NCBI GenBank assembly: GCA_013239625.1
Contig: MU054391.1
Location: forward strand, 8,465,095-8,529,094
Direction of reading: 5' to 3'
Length of the DNA stretch: 64,000 bases
Source: Lama guanicoe
Lineage: Eukaryota
In this document: positions 1 through 13,328 of the stretch, one piece after another
How the letters are laid out: every line of letters starts with the position of its first letter
How positions within the stretch are numbered: position 1 is the stretch's first letter
The notes under the pieces: generated by a model
Database searches by the model: none
Seen by the model: the letters and a program-made list of their open reading frames with translations, nothing else
Told to the model about the DNA's origin: nothing
Program-made: the position numbers and the translations under genes

Positions 1-794
1 TACTAAAGACAAATTTCTGTTTTATTTTTAACACACTTCATCTTTTGGATGATCCATCTGTCATTCACATTGTGAGAACTTAAAGTTGAAAAGGATTAGA
101 GAGACCTGGGGCTCTAGTCTTTAAACACTGAGGATTTTCCTCTCAATTTCCTTAACCCCTGGTCTCTGCTCTGCCTCCACTGTGAAACCACCAGTGATGC
201 GGTTTCCTGCCTTTGTTGGGTTTCCCATTCCACACTTCAACAGCTGATTTGTTGCTGTTGTTGTTCTGCTGTTGCTACGTCTGCTTTAGTTTTTATGTTC
301 TATTTTACATTCGTCTGAGTCATATTAATGCAGTCCTCAGGCAAAATGGTTCTCTTGTTCTGCTTCCACATGCTAGCCCATACAACATGGGAAGATCTCA
401 CATGTTTCTGTGCTCCACAGGCTAAAATTACTACTGTTCTCATGAACAGATTTCAAAATTCCTTGCCATCTTTTAAGTTTAAATTCATCTGCTGAAAGTC
501 TTCTTGTAGAGCAGCAGCAAGAATTGAATGCAGTTTTCCTGGGATTACGTCTTTACATTTAGAGAGTGAGTAGTTACCTCAAACGACTGCTTCCATTAAA
601 AAATTCTCCCCTTTCCTTTTGTAGCTTTTAGTTTACCATTATTACAAAAACAATGATTTTTATATGATATCATGTTACTACACTGTAGGATATACAGTTA
701 TTTTTGTTATGCTGAAAATAATTCATATTTTTATTTATATGCTATAATATACCCATCTGTTCAATCTTTTGAACAAGAAAAGGAGAAAGAAATT

Positions 795-1015
795 ATTAAC
801 ACTACTGAAAGATCTATGACGTGTCAAGCACTGTGCCATAACATTTGCATACATTTTCTTATTCATTTCCAAATCAGCCCTATAAAGTTAGCATTATATA
901 TTTCCATTTTAAATGGCAAAACCAGGCTCAAAGGATCTAATTAAACTACCTAAATTTATACAACTTATGAGAGAGGAATAAGAATGTGAACCTTTATCTG
1001 TTGTCATCAAAGCCT
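795..1015 (-). mobile_element. MIR SINE (degenerate)
   Basis: Reverse-complement MIR core/tail pattern: ...caagcactgtgccataacatttgcatacatttt...atttccattttaaatggcaaaaccaggctcaaagga...gaatgtgaacctttatctg. Confidence 0.65.
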
Positions 1016-1751
1016 AATGATACATATGACTTGAAATCTTCAGAGAACAGAAAACCAGAATAGTTTGAATATATTTCACATTGCTATTCACAAAAACAGA
1101 CCAAAAATTATCGTGTCTTGTAATAACGTGCGTGTGAGACTTTGTGATTTTTTTCACCTCTCTAGAGCCATATGTATTGGTTACTGAATACTGTATAACA
1201 TTTACAAGAGCTTGTTCCAGTATTCACATGTGCTAGTGCATTAAGGGTGAATGTGGAAGAAGTATTTTACAATAATCCAATTATGAACACCAACATATAA
1301 ATGATTTGCCTAATAATATCTCCTCTTAAATAATGAGAATTACAATCATTGAGAATTACATAAATACTATTTAAATCAGTCAATGCATACTCTACGTCCA
1401 ACTCGGTATGCTAGTGCAACCCGGTTAGGAATCAGATGCCAAAGAGTATGTAAGGAGGACTGCAATTTTCCCTCAGTGAGATCACGGGAAGCACTAAAGA
1501 ATTCTTTCTCTGTGCTAACAGTGTTCTCCCAATCCTACCTCTACTCAGTTTTCAACTTGGGGTTGGTGAACATAGCCTGATCCATGGCCCTGACGTTTGG
1601 GGATTTGGCCAGCACCTGATTTCTTGGCTCTCACACAACAACCGCCCTCATTCCAGCAGCAAAGCCTCCAATACTGACATCATATCCTTCTTTAGTCTAA
1701 GTTTTTCTTCTCATTTGAAGTCTCCTTTCTTTACCAAGCCATAGCCTACCA

Positions 1752-2225
1752 ATTTTTTTTTTATTATTGAAGTATAATCAGTTTATGATGTTGTGCCATT
1801 TTCTGGTGTACAGCATGTTTTGGTCATACATGTGTACACATATATTCCTTTTCATATTCTCTTTCATTATAGTTGACTACAAGATATTGAATAAAGTTCC
1901 CTGTGCTATACAGAAGAAACTTGTTTCTATTTTATATATAGTAGTTAGCATCTACAAATCTTGAACTCTCAATTTATTTCCACCCCCTTTCCTGCCTGGT
2001 AACCATAAGTTTGTTTTCTATGTCTGTGAGTCTGTTTCTGTTTTGTAAGTAAGTTCATTTGCATCTTTTTTTTTAGATTCCTCATATAAGTGATATCATA
2101 TGGTATTTTCCCTTCTCTTTCTTGCTTTCTTCACTTAGATTGATGATATCCAGGTTCATTCATGTCGCTGCAATTGGCATTTTTATTCTTTTTTAAGACT
2201 AAGTAGTATTCCATTACATATGTAC

Positions 2226-2272
<47 letters not shown>

Positions 2273-2338
2273 CACACACATATATACACCACAACTTCTT
2301 TATCCAGTCATCTGTCGATAGACATTTAGGTTGTTTCT
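1752..2338 (-). mobile_element. L1 3' end, artiodactyl/camelid-type, 5'-truncated
   Basis: Poly-T followed by attgaagtataatcagtttatgatgttgtg, ccctgtgctatacag, ggtaaccataagtttgttttctatgtctgtgagtctg and ctttatccagtcatctgtcgatagacatttaggttg: antisense L1 3'UTR and end of ORF2. Confidence 0.9.
2231..2268. repeat. (TG)19 microsatellite inside the L1
   Basis: Directly visible perfect TG run. Confidence 0.95.
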
Positions 2339-3904
2339 TTTCTTTGTCTTTTTCAGTTGAGGTATAACTGACATACTTGACAACATATTCTTGATCATTG
2401 CATCACTCTCTAATGTAACACTGGCAGTGACTGGATGATCATTTTCTCTCCTTATCCCCGAAATTTGTCTGAGAAGCAGATTTAGAGAACATTTATATTT
2501 AGCTAGTTCAGCTATCTCAGCTGCTTTTTCACTAGCTTTCACTTCGTATCTCCAGAGGGTATCGACATTGGCTAAACATCTTGCCTCACTGGCCTAGTTA
2601 TTTAATTGATATTCCTGGCCATTACTTCTGCAGTATGGTAGATGTGCCCATATAACTGTTGGTGCCCAAGGGAAATAACAAAACCATTCCACCAGTGTGC
2701 ATTCACTTATGCACTTTGCAGTTTTTGGAGAAAGAGGTAGACTTCATGTATAATCTTTGCCAGAGAATTTGCCTGGAACCCATGCTTCCTATCTGGCAGC
2801 CAGGAATGCCATCTGTTTACTGTGACCACTCAAAGCCCACGAATCCCACTGAGCACAGAGATAAAGCAGAAACCATGTACGCTCGTTTAAAACCATTTGC
2901 TAATGAGGCTCTATAAGACTTAGAAGACCCCTATATGCATCTGAAAAATAAAATGGTCAGTTAATTATTTTTCAGGTCATTTCAAGGAAAAGAAGACCAA
3001 ATTTTAAATGGAATTTTTAGATTAAAATTTTGCTTTTTGATAAATGAATGCTTTATTATTATTTGAGATAGGCTATGGTAAATAGTTCTTTGTTCCACTT
3101 TTTAACATATACAAAAATAATCTTCAATCATGATTTCTTTCTTTATCAATACTAGAAAATTTTGTCTGCTTTCTAGAGTTTTAAAGAATCAGGCAGCTGA
3201 CACATGACATTGGATGGTTAATCTCATTACTCTGCACTCTATTCACATCAGTCTGGCCTCCTTACAATAAGAAGGAATTTTCTATTGACAGAGCAGCAGT
3301 GATATGAAATAGTTTGTAAACATTATCCAGAAATAGAGAATACTCCAATTTCATTTTCCACAGAACATTACCATGTAATCATGATCTTCTTTGGACTTCT
3401 AGTACTTAAAGAGGCACTGCGAGAGAATATCTCTTACAATCATGAAAAGATAACTTTAACAGGGGTTAAGCTGATTCACTTGTTGCCATGACTAATTGAT
3501 ATAATTTATGCAAAGCAATTTATAGTATTTCTGGCCCATAAGCACTTGGCTATTAAATATTTCTTTCCTAATGATATTAAGGTGTTTATATGATCACAAT
3601 GAGATGTATATATCAAAATTAGTATTTATTTTTCTAATTCATAGACAAAACCCAGGTTGACTCAAACTTTGATGTTTTCACCAGGTGATCAGCATTTTAA
3701 AATACTGCCTCTTTTGAAATACTTTCCTCAGTTAATCAGGAGTACCAGGCCCACTTTCTGCATAGCACTTCAGGGCATATTTGAAATGTGAAGAAGTTTC
3801 TGTGTCTATGTCTTTAATCGCACAATTTGAATGAGACAATTAGAATAAAAAGTTATTAAGAGAAGAAGGCATATATGACACAGCAGGTTGGTAGATGGAA
3901 GTCA

Positions 3905-4110
3905 GGATCATGTCATGATTAAGTACAGGACCTCTGTCCAGTGCAGGCTCTGAAAACTAGGAAAAGTAATGTACACTTTCTTAATCCATTTTTTTTTCCT
4001 GTCTACAGCAGGAATAGAGCTACTTACTTTGTAACGCTCCTGTGTGGTTTAATGTGATCATATATATAATGCATTTAGCTCTTTGAGAAGGTCCAGTGAT
4101 GTAAAGGTTC
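3905..4110 (+). mobile_element. MIR SINE (highly degenerate)
   Basis: ...cttaatccatttttttcctgtctacagcaggaatagagctacttactttgtaacg...gtggtttaatgtgatcatatatataatgcatttagc resembles the MIR core and tail. Confidence 0.45.
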
Positions 4111-5379
4111 CTGCTACTTAAAACTCCGACTGTGAGTGCCTGTGATCTTGGCTGACTGGTGACTGAAAAGGCGGGCGAGGTTTTCATCACAGAATCTCTC
4201 ATACCCTCCTCTGTCCTCAGTCGCCTGCTACTGCATTCCTGGTATTAGGCATTAGTCCTGGGCTGTGCCCCTTGACTGTTGTGAAATTCAACTCTGTTTC
4301 AGAATCCAATGCCAGGAAACAGGAACAGTTGTAGCTTGTCTCTGTAACACTATCTTCTTTTCATCTACATGGTTGTCATCTTCATCACTCTCATCATTTG
4401 CTTTCCACTGCATAATTGTAATTCTTTCTAGAAGGTTTTTGTCCAAGGATTTAGTTTGCTTCCTCCATTGCTTTCCCAGGAACCCAGCTGCAGTCTGTTC
4501 ATAGAGTCTCCGATTCATTATGGTAAGAACTCAAGTTTTAACAAGTATTAGTCCAGTGCAGCTTATTTATAAGATGAAACAAAACAAGGTTGAAAAGCAA
4601 GTATATCTGTAAATGCAGTTTGGATCACATGCTATAATAATTATGTAAACCTTTTTATTGTATGTTACATCAATTTGCATCTTCTATTTGACGAACATTA
4701 CACATTTTTATAGAAAAACTCCACAATATGTTGAATTGAATAAAGTTGTGATAAAGGAGAGTCTATTCTGCTTCTGGCCTCTGCATTGTCATTACAATAT
4801 TATGTTCATGGTCTTGTTTAATTATTCAACAAAAAATATGTACTGAACAAGTATCCTTTGCAGGGACTGCTGTGTGGTTTAAGGGAATGTAAAGGAAGAT
4901 GAACAAGATATGGGTGGGCTCTACTCTACATTTCACATTCCTAAGGGCTAGCTATGATTTTTAAAGTCTTAGAATTCTTCCTTCATTTCTAATTGCCTTA
5001 AAAGTAATCCAAAACCATATTTTGAATATTGAATATTTTACTAGTGTAAATAATAAAGCTCCTCAAGTCATAGACCATAAAGGTTCAGGTGACTTTAAAT
5101 ATTGGTGTTCACCCATCTTCATATCTTGTCTCCCCATAATTTTACTTCATGAAGGAAAGGAAGAAAATCCATAGAAAGGTGAAGTCTTCTGGGATTTAGA
5201 AGAGGTAAACAGAAAAAAGGACACCCTGAAGAATTCTACCTAACATGGTTGTATGTCCAGTCGAGAAGGTTTATATAACACACAAATGTTGTATTTTATA
5301 TATTTTTCCCAGACTAAGTTAAAAAGTCAGTTATTCAAATTAATATAAGGGTTATGGGTTTTTAAGGAAAAAGGCAAGA

Positions 5380-5520
5380 CACAGAGTCATACACAGCAGA
5401 CTATAAATCTCAGCTGGATTCCTAATTAGCTGTGTACTGGGACAAGTTTTAAAGCTTTTTCCATCTTTGTTTCTTTATCCGTTCATTGAGCCTAATAATA
5501 CTATAGATACAACCATATAT
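5380..5520 (+). mobile_element. MIR SINE fragment
   Basis: agactataaatctcagctgg...taattagctgtgtactgggacaagttttaaagc...tttgtttctttatccgt resembles the MIR core. Confidence 0.55.
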
Positions 5521-5854
5521 TTTGAGCTTTAAGTAACAAATACAATTTGATACAAATATTAAACATTCAAATAATGCTAGGTCTCACTAACTAGGGCTTT
5601 TAAAAATGATCTACTGCCGTAGAAATCTTTTCAGTGCATTACCCATTATTTAATGTTAGGACATTGCTGCTCTGGCAAAGTGAATCACTGGCAAGTGTCT
5701 GACGAGTTTACACCTTCAGGTTTTGCCAATTATTATTCCTACCGGTTCCTCAAAAATGATTACCTCTACTGTTATCATAGTAAAACATATCCCTTATTTA
5801 AGGAGTTATCAGAAACCTGTTTATCCTATAATTTTTAACAATACTAATGAGAAT

Positions 5855-5985
5855 TTATTCACTCATTTATTATTCATTTGTTCAAGAACTACTGAGTTAG
5901 TACCTACTGTTTACCAATTACTGGGTCATATACTGAAGACAGAATGTTAAAAAAAAAGAAGACAAAGTTTCTGTCCTTATGGTAT
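5855..5985 (-). mobile_element. L2 3' end fragment
   Basis: ttcatttgttcaagaactactgagttagtacctactgtttacca...aagacaaagtttctgtccttatgg is the antisense L2 tail pattern. Confidence 0.55.
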
Positions 5986-8900
5986 AAAGTATTATAAAAT
6001 AAGTCCTAAATGATTTCACATGACCTATTTTTTGAAACCTGATAATGACCATGTAAGGTAGATATTGTGAATATTAAAACAATTTCACTGATGGGAACAC
6101 TAGCGATCTGAGACACTAAAAAGAGTTTCTCACCTTGCCTCATAATTCCAGATTCTGTAGCAATACAGCACACCTCCTAATGGAAGATTTTCTTCAACTG
6201 TCAATACAAAGCACACCCAGGTTATGAGTCCCCAGGACGAAACTGTGAGCAGATGTCAGCTCATCATGGTTTTTAGGTCTCAAGCCAGAATATGCATTGT
6301 CCATTACCAAATCATGTAACTGTTTATACCTGCCGTTTCAAATAGCTGCATTCTGCCTCCTCTTCCAACAGTGCATATAACTGGGAGCTGACTTGGAGTT
6401 AGAGAAAGCTTACATTGAATAATTTCTTCAATGTAAAAGAGCTTCTTTCACTCTTATAATGTTCTGCTTATTGCTTTGGCGAGAGAATAATAAATGCTTG
6501 ATTACTTGTTCTTTTATAGCCGCCAGTATTGTCTGTTTCTGGAAAACAGGGCTGTTTGTATATTACATTTTACAAAAGATTAGATCTATCACCACATTAC
6601 CTTCGGAGTATGCCTCCATACATAATGTTTATCCCACTATCTTTCTTCTATCCCACCTACTTCAATTATCTGTCTCCCCTTCTTATTGCTTGGCATGTAT
6701 TGCCTGAATTACTAGGCCATGAAATGTTCTTCTTCCTATAACTCAGTCTCTGACATTTCCAAATCTTCCTTGTGAGAGATATCAAAAAGAAGCACTTCAT
6801 TTCTTTACAGAATTAATAAGATGTATGGTCTTAACTGCAACCTTTTTAGCTAATTAAAATGAAATTGGAATGCATATGGTAGAAGTAAATGTCTAAATTC
6901 ACTGCTGGAAATATTCATGACTTTTACATTTTATACTTCTAAAATTGTACTATTATTTGTTTATTCAAATATATACAAATATATTGAATCCCATTGCACA
7001 AAACAATGAAGGTGGAAAAAATAATTTTATTGTTCATTGCTGTTTGTGGCTCTCTGCCACAGTGATTACAATTCATTAAGAACAAGAAAGAGATTTCTGA
7101 TTCTCACTAAATTTGTTTTCATTTCATTTTACTTGAACAATGGAAATTGCATCCTTAAAGCACTAGCTCATGATTTCTGCACATTAAAAACTAAATAGGC
7201 TCCAATGCATACGAAGAGCATCTGAAAATATTTATGGCTATTTTAAAGCAGTACCTTAAATTCTATCTATATGCAAAGATCAATTATGCATATTAAAAGG
7301 CAATTAGATCAAACTAAGTCTTGAATTACACATGAATGTGAATTAATCCTGATTGCTTTCCTGGTATTACAGCGTTTGAAAATGTAAATTTTCATGGGAA
7401 TTATCTAATATATAATCATTCTTTTGGCTGATGTTGAAAGTTATATTTCTAAGTGTTTCTCCAAAATGGGTTGAATGCTCATAGATAAATATATAAATTC
7501 TATGAGACAAAGTCCGCATTGCACAGGGAGGTAACTGGTCTATCTACTCTTCTCAGGCTTTCAAATTTTTCAAATGTTACTATCACTCTCACAAGCACTT
7601 TTTAATGAGTTTATTCTTCACTTTCCTACTAGTTTTATATGACGACAAGTCTTTTTTCACAGGTATTAATGTGAATGAGTGTTTGAACTTGGTTAAAAAA
7701 AAGAGCATGACTTGTCATACACAGATGATCGGCCTACCTGAAAATAGGCACAGTGAGCTTAATAATGGGGCAATGTAAACCTCATAAAATCAAATAAAAA
7801 AAGAAAAACAAGTTTAAAACACAAGAACATTCAAAATCCGTGGGAAGTTTCCCAAGATGTAACATAGGCATAATTGGAATGCCAGAAATAAGAGAGAGAA
7901 TAAAACAGAAGAAATTTTTGAGGAATAATCATAATTTTTTTCAAAATGAATGATACACAAGTCACAGTTCTAGGACGCCCAGAAAATACCAGACAGAATC
8001 TTTACCAAAACAAACCAACAAAAGTCCTAAGCATTTCTTATTCAAATTGCAGAATACCAAAGATGAAAATGAAGTCTTTAAAGAATCCAGTGAGCTGGAG
8101 CTCCGTTTGACACCTTACCTACAGAACAGGAGCCATTCACAGAAGAGTTTTTAGAAACCATGTAAGCGATACGAGAGTGGAGTAAGTACTTAAAATGTTG
8201 AAAGGAAAAAAGTAAACCCCCACAACCTAGAATTCTATCCACAGTAAACTGTTACTCTTCAAAAGTGAAGGAAAAGTAAAGATTTTCTCAGTTAAACAAA
8301 AACTGTGGGAATTCATTGCCACTAAATCTACTCTGCAAGAAATGTTGCGATAAGTCCTTCAGGCAGATGAAAACGTACATAGGTCATATACTTAGATCTG
8401 CATAAAGAACAGAAGAGTATTTAAAGAATAAATAAATGTAACATCAATTCTTTAAGTTTTTAAAATTATAATTGATTTAAAAATAAAGGATTTTTAAGTG
8501 GCTACATTAAAAATGTATTGGGTCCATATAGTTTCATGGATAAGTAAAACTAAAGGCAGCAATATCACAAGGAGCTGTAGGCAGAGATTGGGGCACTCAG
8601 CTACGTCCCCGCACACACATGAAATGGTAGAGTATCATTTGACCATGAACTTAGACAAGATAAAAATGTATATTGCAAATTCTAGGGCAAGCATTCTATT
8701 TTTATACCATTGATATGTTAATAAAGGAGATAAAATGGAATCAAATAAAAATGTTTACCAAAAACCAAAAAAGGGGGGAAAAAACATAGGGGAAGAAAAA
8801 AATTTAAAAATCCAATAAATATTAAATACTAACTAAAAAAACCCCAACTAACCATTAAGTTACTAACTTGATACCAATGCAACTGTATCAATAATACCCT

Positions 8901-10561
8901 TAAATATGAATGCTCTGAATATACCAAATAAAAGACAGGAATTATCAGAAAGTATTAAAAAAAAATAATAAACTGTCTGTTGTCTAATCAAATCCTGCTT
9001 TACATATAAAGACACATTTAGGTTAAGAGTAAGGAATGGAGAAAGACATACCATGCCAACCCAATAAAAGAAAGCTGGAATAACTGTATTATTTTCAGAC
9101 AAAGTATTTTTCAAAAAAAAAAGATAATTTTCAAGGATAAAGAGGGGTATTACATAATGATAAAGTTATTACTTCTCAAAGAACATATAACATTTCTAAA
9201 CATGTATGAAGATAACAAGAGAAGTTCAAAATATATGAGGTAAAAACCGATGGGACAACAATGATAAAGAGATAACTCCATTATTGTCAGAGACTTCAAG
9301 AACTGCCCCATAGTAATTGATAGGCATGCAGAAAATCAGTAAGGACACAGCTGACCTGAACAGCACTATCAATCAACTTGATCTAATTGATGTTTATGGG
9401 TATGCCATCCAACAACAGCAGACACACATTCATTCCAAGCTCATATGAAACATTCAAGATAGACCCCATCCTGGGCCACAAAAAACATAGCTTTAAAAAC
9501 ATAAAAAATAAAAAATTACATAAAATATGATTTCAAATCAAAATGGAATTAAGTAGAATTCAATAACAGAAAAATAGCAGAAAATCCTCCAAATATTTGC
9601 AAATTAAATATCACAAATCTAAACGACACATGAAATCAACAGGGTCTCAGGAAAAGTTAACTTTTTCAACAACAGAAAAATTAAATCACATTTCAAAATT
9701 TGTGAGATGCATAAAAAGCAGCACTTAGGAGGACAGTTACAGAATTAAATTCAAATGTTAGGGAAAAAATCGAAACATTGTAACTTACATTTTCCTTTAG
9801 GAAACTAAACGAAGAAGAGAGAATTTAAGCCTAAAGAAAGTAGACAAAACTAAAAAGTAAATACAATTTAGAAAACCTAGCAAGGAAATTGAAAATATGA
9901 AACTACGGAGAAAATCAACAAAGCCAAAAACAGGTTATTTGAAAAGGTCATTAAACAGAATAAATGTCTAGCCAATCTAACCAGAAAAAGAGGAGACAAA
10001 TTATGAATGTCAGATATGAAAAGCGAGTTACCTCTACTTATCCAAAAAATATTAAAAAATACTATAAATAATTCCATGCTCACAAAATTGATTACTTAGA
10101 TGAAATCCACTAATTTCTTGAAAGACAAAGTACAAAACTCACACATGGAAAAACAGATAATCTAAAACCCTATGTGTGTTGAAGAAATTGAATCAACAAA
10201 TATTAACATTCCAAAAAAAAAAATAGTTTCACTAGTGAATTCTGTCAAATAGTTCAAAGAAAATACCAATTCTTCAAAATCTCCTCCAGAAAATAGAAGC
10301 AAAGGAAATAAATTCTAACTCATTTTATGAGTCCAGTATTACCTGACTAGCAAACCAGATAGAGACATTAGAGAAACGAAAATTACAGACAATAAATCTC
10401 ACTAACTTAGATGAAAAAGATCCTTATAATTTTGGCAAATCGAATTCTACAACACACAAAAAGGTTATTCAAAGTACTAAAGTGGAATTTATTTCAAGTA
10501 TGCAAAGGCTGGTTTAACATTCGAAAGCCAGTCAATGTAATCTACCACACAAACAGGCTAC

Positions 10562-10592
10562 CAACACGCACACATACACACACACACACACA
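10562..10592. repeat. Imperfect (CA)n microsatellite within the L1
   Basis: caacacgcacacatacacacacacacacaca. Confidence 0.8.
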
Positions 10593-10760
10593 GAATAAAA
10601 CATGATCTTATCACTTGATACAGAAAAGGCATCTGACAAGATCCAAAATGATACAAAATTATTATAATTATTATAATTAATGATAAACTTTTAGAAAATT
10701 AAAATAAAGAGAAACTCCTTCAACTGCTCCTATTCAATATCATGCTTTAGTCCTAACTAG

Positions 10761-11217
10761 TGTGAGCGAAAAACACTGCAAACCATGTCAGTAAACAAAG
10801 AATGCTGAAGCCATCAAGTCATCAGCTGCCTCCGCTACCCACCAGAGAAGACAAGCCTGCAGCCCAGACTCTGGTGCACTCAGAATAAGAAGGGACAGGA
10901 TACTGGCCCTAGATAGCTAGGTGCTTGTCAAAGGAATGAATTCAATGAGCCCAAATGTTTGCTTCCTCCCATACATAGAAAAGCGCCCAATTCTTTAACT
11001 TGAGATGCCTGGTTTTCTTTCCTTAACAAGAAATCTTTTAATGTTCCAACTACCTGGTCTTTGTTGTAAATCTCCTATATATCCTAGCTCCTCCCCTACC
11101 TCTTCAGAGCAGTCCCTCAGAGTAATCGATCTGAGAGGCTGTCATCCTGGCTTGAGTTCTCCGGCCAAATAAAACATAACTCTCAACTTTTAGGCTCTGC
11201 ATTTATTTCAGTCAACA
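10761..11217 (+). mobile_element. Solo ERV1-class LTR, MER41-like (cetartiodactyl type), nested in the L1
   Basis: TG...CA termini (tgtgag...gtcaaca). 4-bp TSD CTAG at 10757-10760 and 11218-11221. TATA-like cctatatat near 11073 and AATAAA near 11168. L1 sequence resumes on both sides. Confidence 0.88.
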
Positions 11218-12119
11218 CTAGTAATGTGAGAAATACGGCAAATGTATATAGATAGATAGATCGGTAAGGAAGAAATATAATTGCCTTTATTGATAGGTGA
11301 CGATTGATCATGTAGAAAATCCCAAATATTCAACCAAAAGTTTCTGGAACTAATAAGTGAGTACATGAAGATCACAAGATAGAAGGTTAACATTGAAAGT
11401 CCCACTTACTTGACATTCTGGAAAGGGGAAACTATAGAGGCATTTAACATATCAGTGGTTGCCACGGGTTTAGATGCCAGGGGAGTGTTGAATAGGTGAA
11501 GCATGGGGGATTTTTTAAGGCAGTGAAACTTTTCCCATATAATGCTGTAATGGTTGACGCATGACACTGTGAATTTGTTGGATCCCATAGCACTTTATAG
11601 CACAGAGTGAACATTAATGTATACTAATTAAACAGAGATACATACTTAGAGTTAAAGAAATATACTTTAGGCAATGGTTGGAGAATTCTGGAATGGAACG
11701 CACAATGTGACGAAAGAAACGGACTGTGTTGCAAATATATGAAACAGCTTCACTTGAGGGGAGTAGGGGAGAGAGCTGCTCCCCTAAGTAACATCCGGAG
11801 CCTGTAAGACTAAAGGCAAAATGAACTGCTCAGGAACTCCGTACTGTACAAGGTGCGACCAGCTGGGTCACGCTTATTCTGAAGCCACTGCACTATGTAC
11901 TGAAAGTAAACAACGAAGTAAATGTGTGCTGGACGGTAAAGGCCCTCCGTCTTAGACTGGGAGTTACAAGTTCTCAAGGGGGAAGGGGCAGGACGAGCCC
12001 TGCGGCCGTGTGGTGACTGGTTAAAGTGTGACAGCAGCAGGATGATGAGGAGTGAAAATACCTGCAGTATTGGGGGGAAAAGTAAACTTAGAATCTTGTA
12101 TTTACCAACAACTCTGAAC

Positions 12120-12285
12120 GTTAGATTCTGTTATTATCCACATCCTACAGACGAAGAAATGGAGGCAGGGTGAAAATAACTTCCCTTTTCCAAAGTCACA
12201 GATTTGGCCAGTGGCAGAGCTGCCATGTGAGCCCAGGCGGTACGTCCACAGGGTCCATGTTCTTACTCACTAGGCTGTGCTCACT
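12120..12285 (-). mobile_element. MIR SINE
   Basis: ttattatccacatcctacagacgaagaaatggaggcag...caaagtcacagat...gtggcagagctg...tgagcccaggc...ttactcactaggctgtgct: antisense MIR core. Confidence 0.8.
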
Positions 12286-12589
12286 CTCAGCCCATTTATT
12301 TTTATTGTAGCATTTATGTGATTTTATGGCACCTGTTCGTTTCCATAGCTGTCTTGATGATTAATATGAGTTAAGTAAAAGACCGGATAATCTTTGTTAA
12401 TTAATGACAGAAGGAATAGGTAACAAAACTTTGACATCATGAAATATATCTGTCCTTGGTTCGTCTGGAACTCAAAGTACCACATGAGCTATGGGAGACT
12501 AATTCAAGTCAGCTTAAAACATGAAAGTTAGGATGATCTTTGTGTAATCTATGCTGTATTGACTTTAATAGTATACAAAAGAACTTTTC

Positions 12590-13160
12590 CATCAAATCAG
12601 TAAGGTTTTACTGAGCATTTACTATAGAGCTAACATTGTATTGGACACAGAGGGAAACATTTGGTGATGATTCTATCGTGGTCCCAGCACTAGGGTGTAG
12701 AGATAAGCCCTACTCCTGGAAATCTGTGAGATAACAAGAAAGACACACTAAAATTTTGTTCAAAATTGTGTGTAAGTACATGAAAAGGCAGAGAAACAAC
12801 AGATGTTTACATGATGAAGGCTGGGAAACATTCTTCACAATATTTCTTGAGGGGCAGACTCGCCTATGGTAGAATTCATCAGCTACCCTATCCTTTTGGG
12901 GAGAACACACAGTGTCATTGCTAATAAATTTAGTAAGTCAGTGGAGTTGTTTTTCAATTTAGTGTTTCAGTCTAAAAATATTTTAGCAAATGCTCATCAA
13001 GGGTCTTATATTTGCCAGGCATTTGGAAAAACAGAGAGAAGCAAAGGGGCATTCTCTGATTTCAGAAGCTGATGGTTAGCCCCCAGATACATAATCAAAT
13101 AAGTAAAATACAGCATTCAAATTATTAAACTTATTATATTAGAGATGTACAGGAAGTATG
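12590..13160 (-). mobile_element. L2 fragments (two degraded 3' pieces)
   Basis: ttttactgagcatttactatagagctaacattgtattggacacagagg and gggtcttatatttgccaggcatttgg...ctctgatttcagaagctgatggttag resemble antisense L2 tails. Confidence 0.5.
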
Positions 13161-13328
13161 GATTGACAAGTAGATTTACCTTAAAGGTGAAGCTTGAGGG
13201 TCTCTCATTTCAAAGTTCAGCTTTTAAATCTCAGCATATTCTCCTCCAGGAATAGGGGGCAGAGGACTGCCTGGGCCACTCACTGACAACTCAGGGACTG
13301 CCCCTATCTGGTGATCACACGCTAAGCC

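Larger units (their letters stand above)
7740..12050 (+). mobile_element. Old L1 (L1MC3-like): ORF1 remnant, ORF2 endonuclease to early RT remnant, internal deletion near 11405, then 3'UTR; interrupted by an LTR
   Basis: A-rich sense strand. ORF1-type motifs (caacctagaattctatc, ttcaaaagtgaaggaaaagtaaag). ORF2 motifs (aataatacccttaaatatgaatgctct, gagacttcaa, ctaactcattttatgagtccagtattacc, gatacagaaaaggcatctgacaagatccaa). 3'UTR motifs gtaagactaaaggcaaaa and tatgaaacagcttcacttgagggg typical of L1MC3. No long ORF survives. Confidence 0.88.

Noticed and set aside
841..855. 15-bp identity ACATTTGCATACATT shared with 46191-46205
   Set aside because: This copy lies in a MIR, the flanks do not align, and a single short AT-rich match is plausible by chance.
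2400..2945. ORFs 2659-2916 (+) and 2300-2542 (-), plus a minus-strand acceptor-like site near 2941
   Set aside because: No recognisable protein. All frames after the acceptor stop quickly, and the minus ORF runs into an L1.
4288..4518. Minus-strand ORF with an acidic patch (DESDEDD)
   Set aside because: It arises from a short (TCA)n-like tract. There is no splice support on that strand and no family I recognise.
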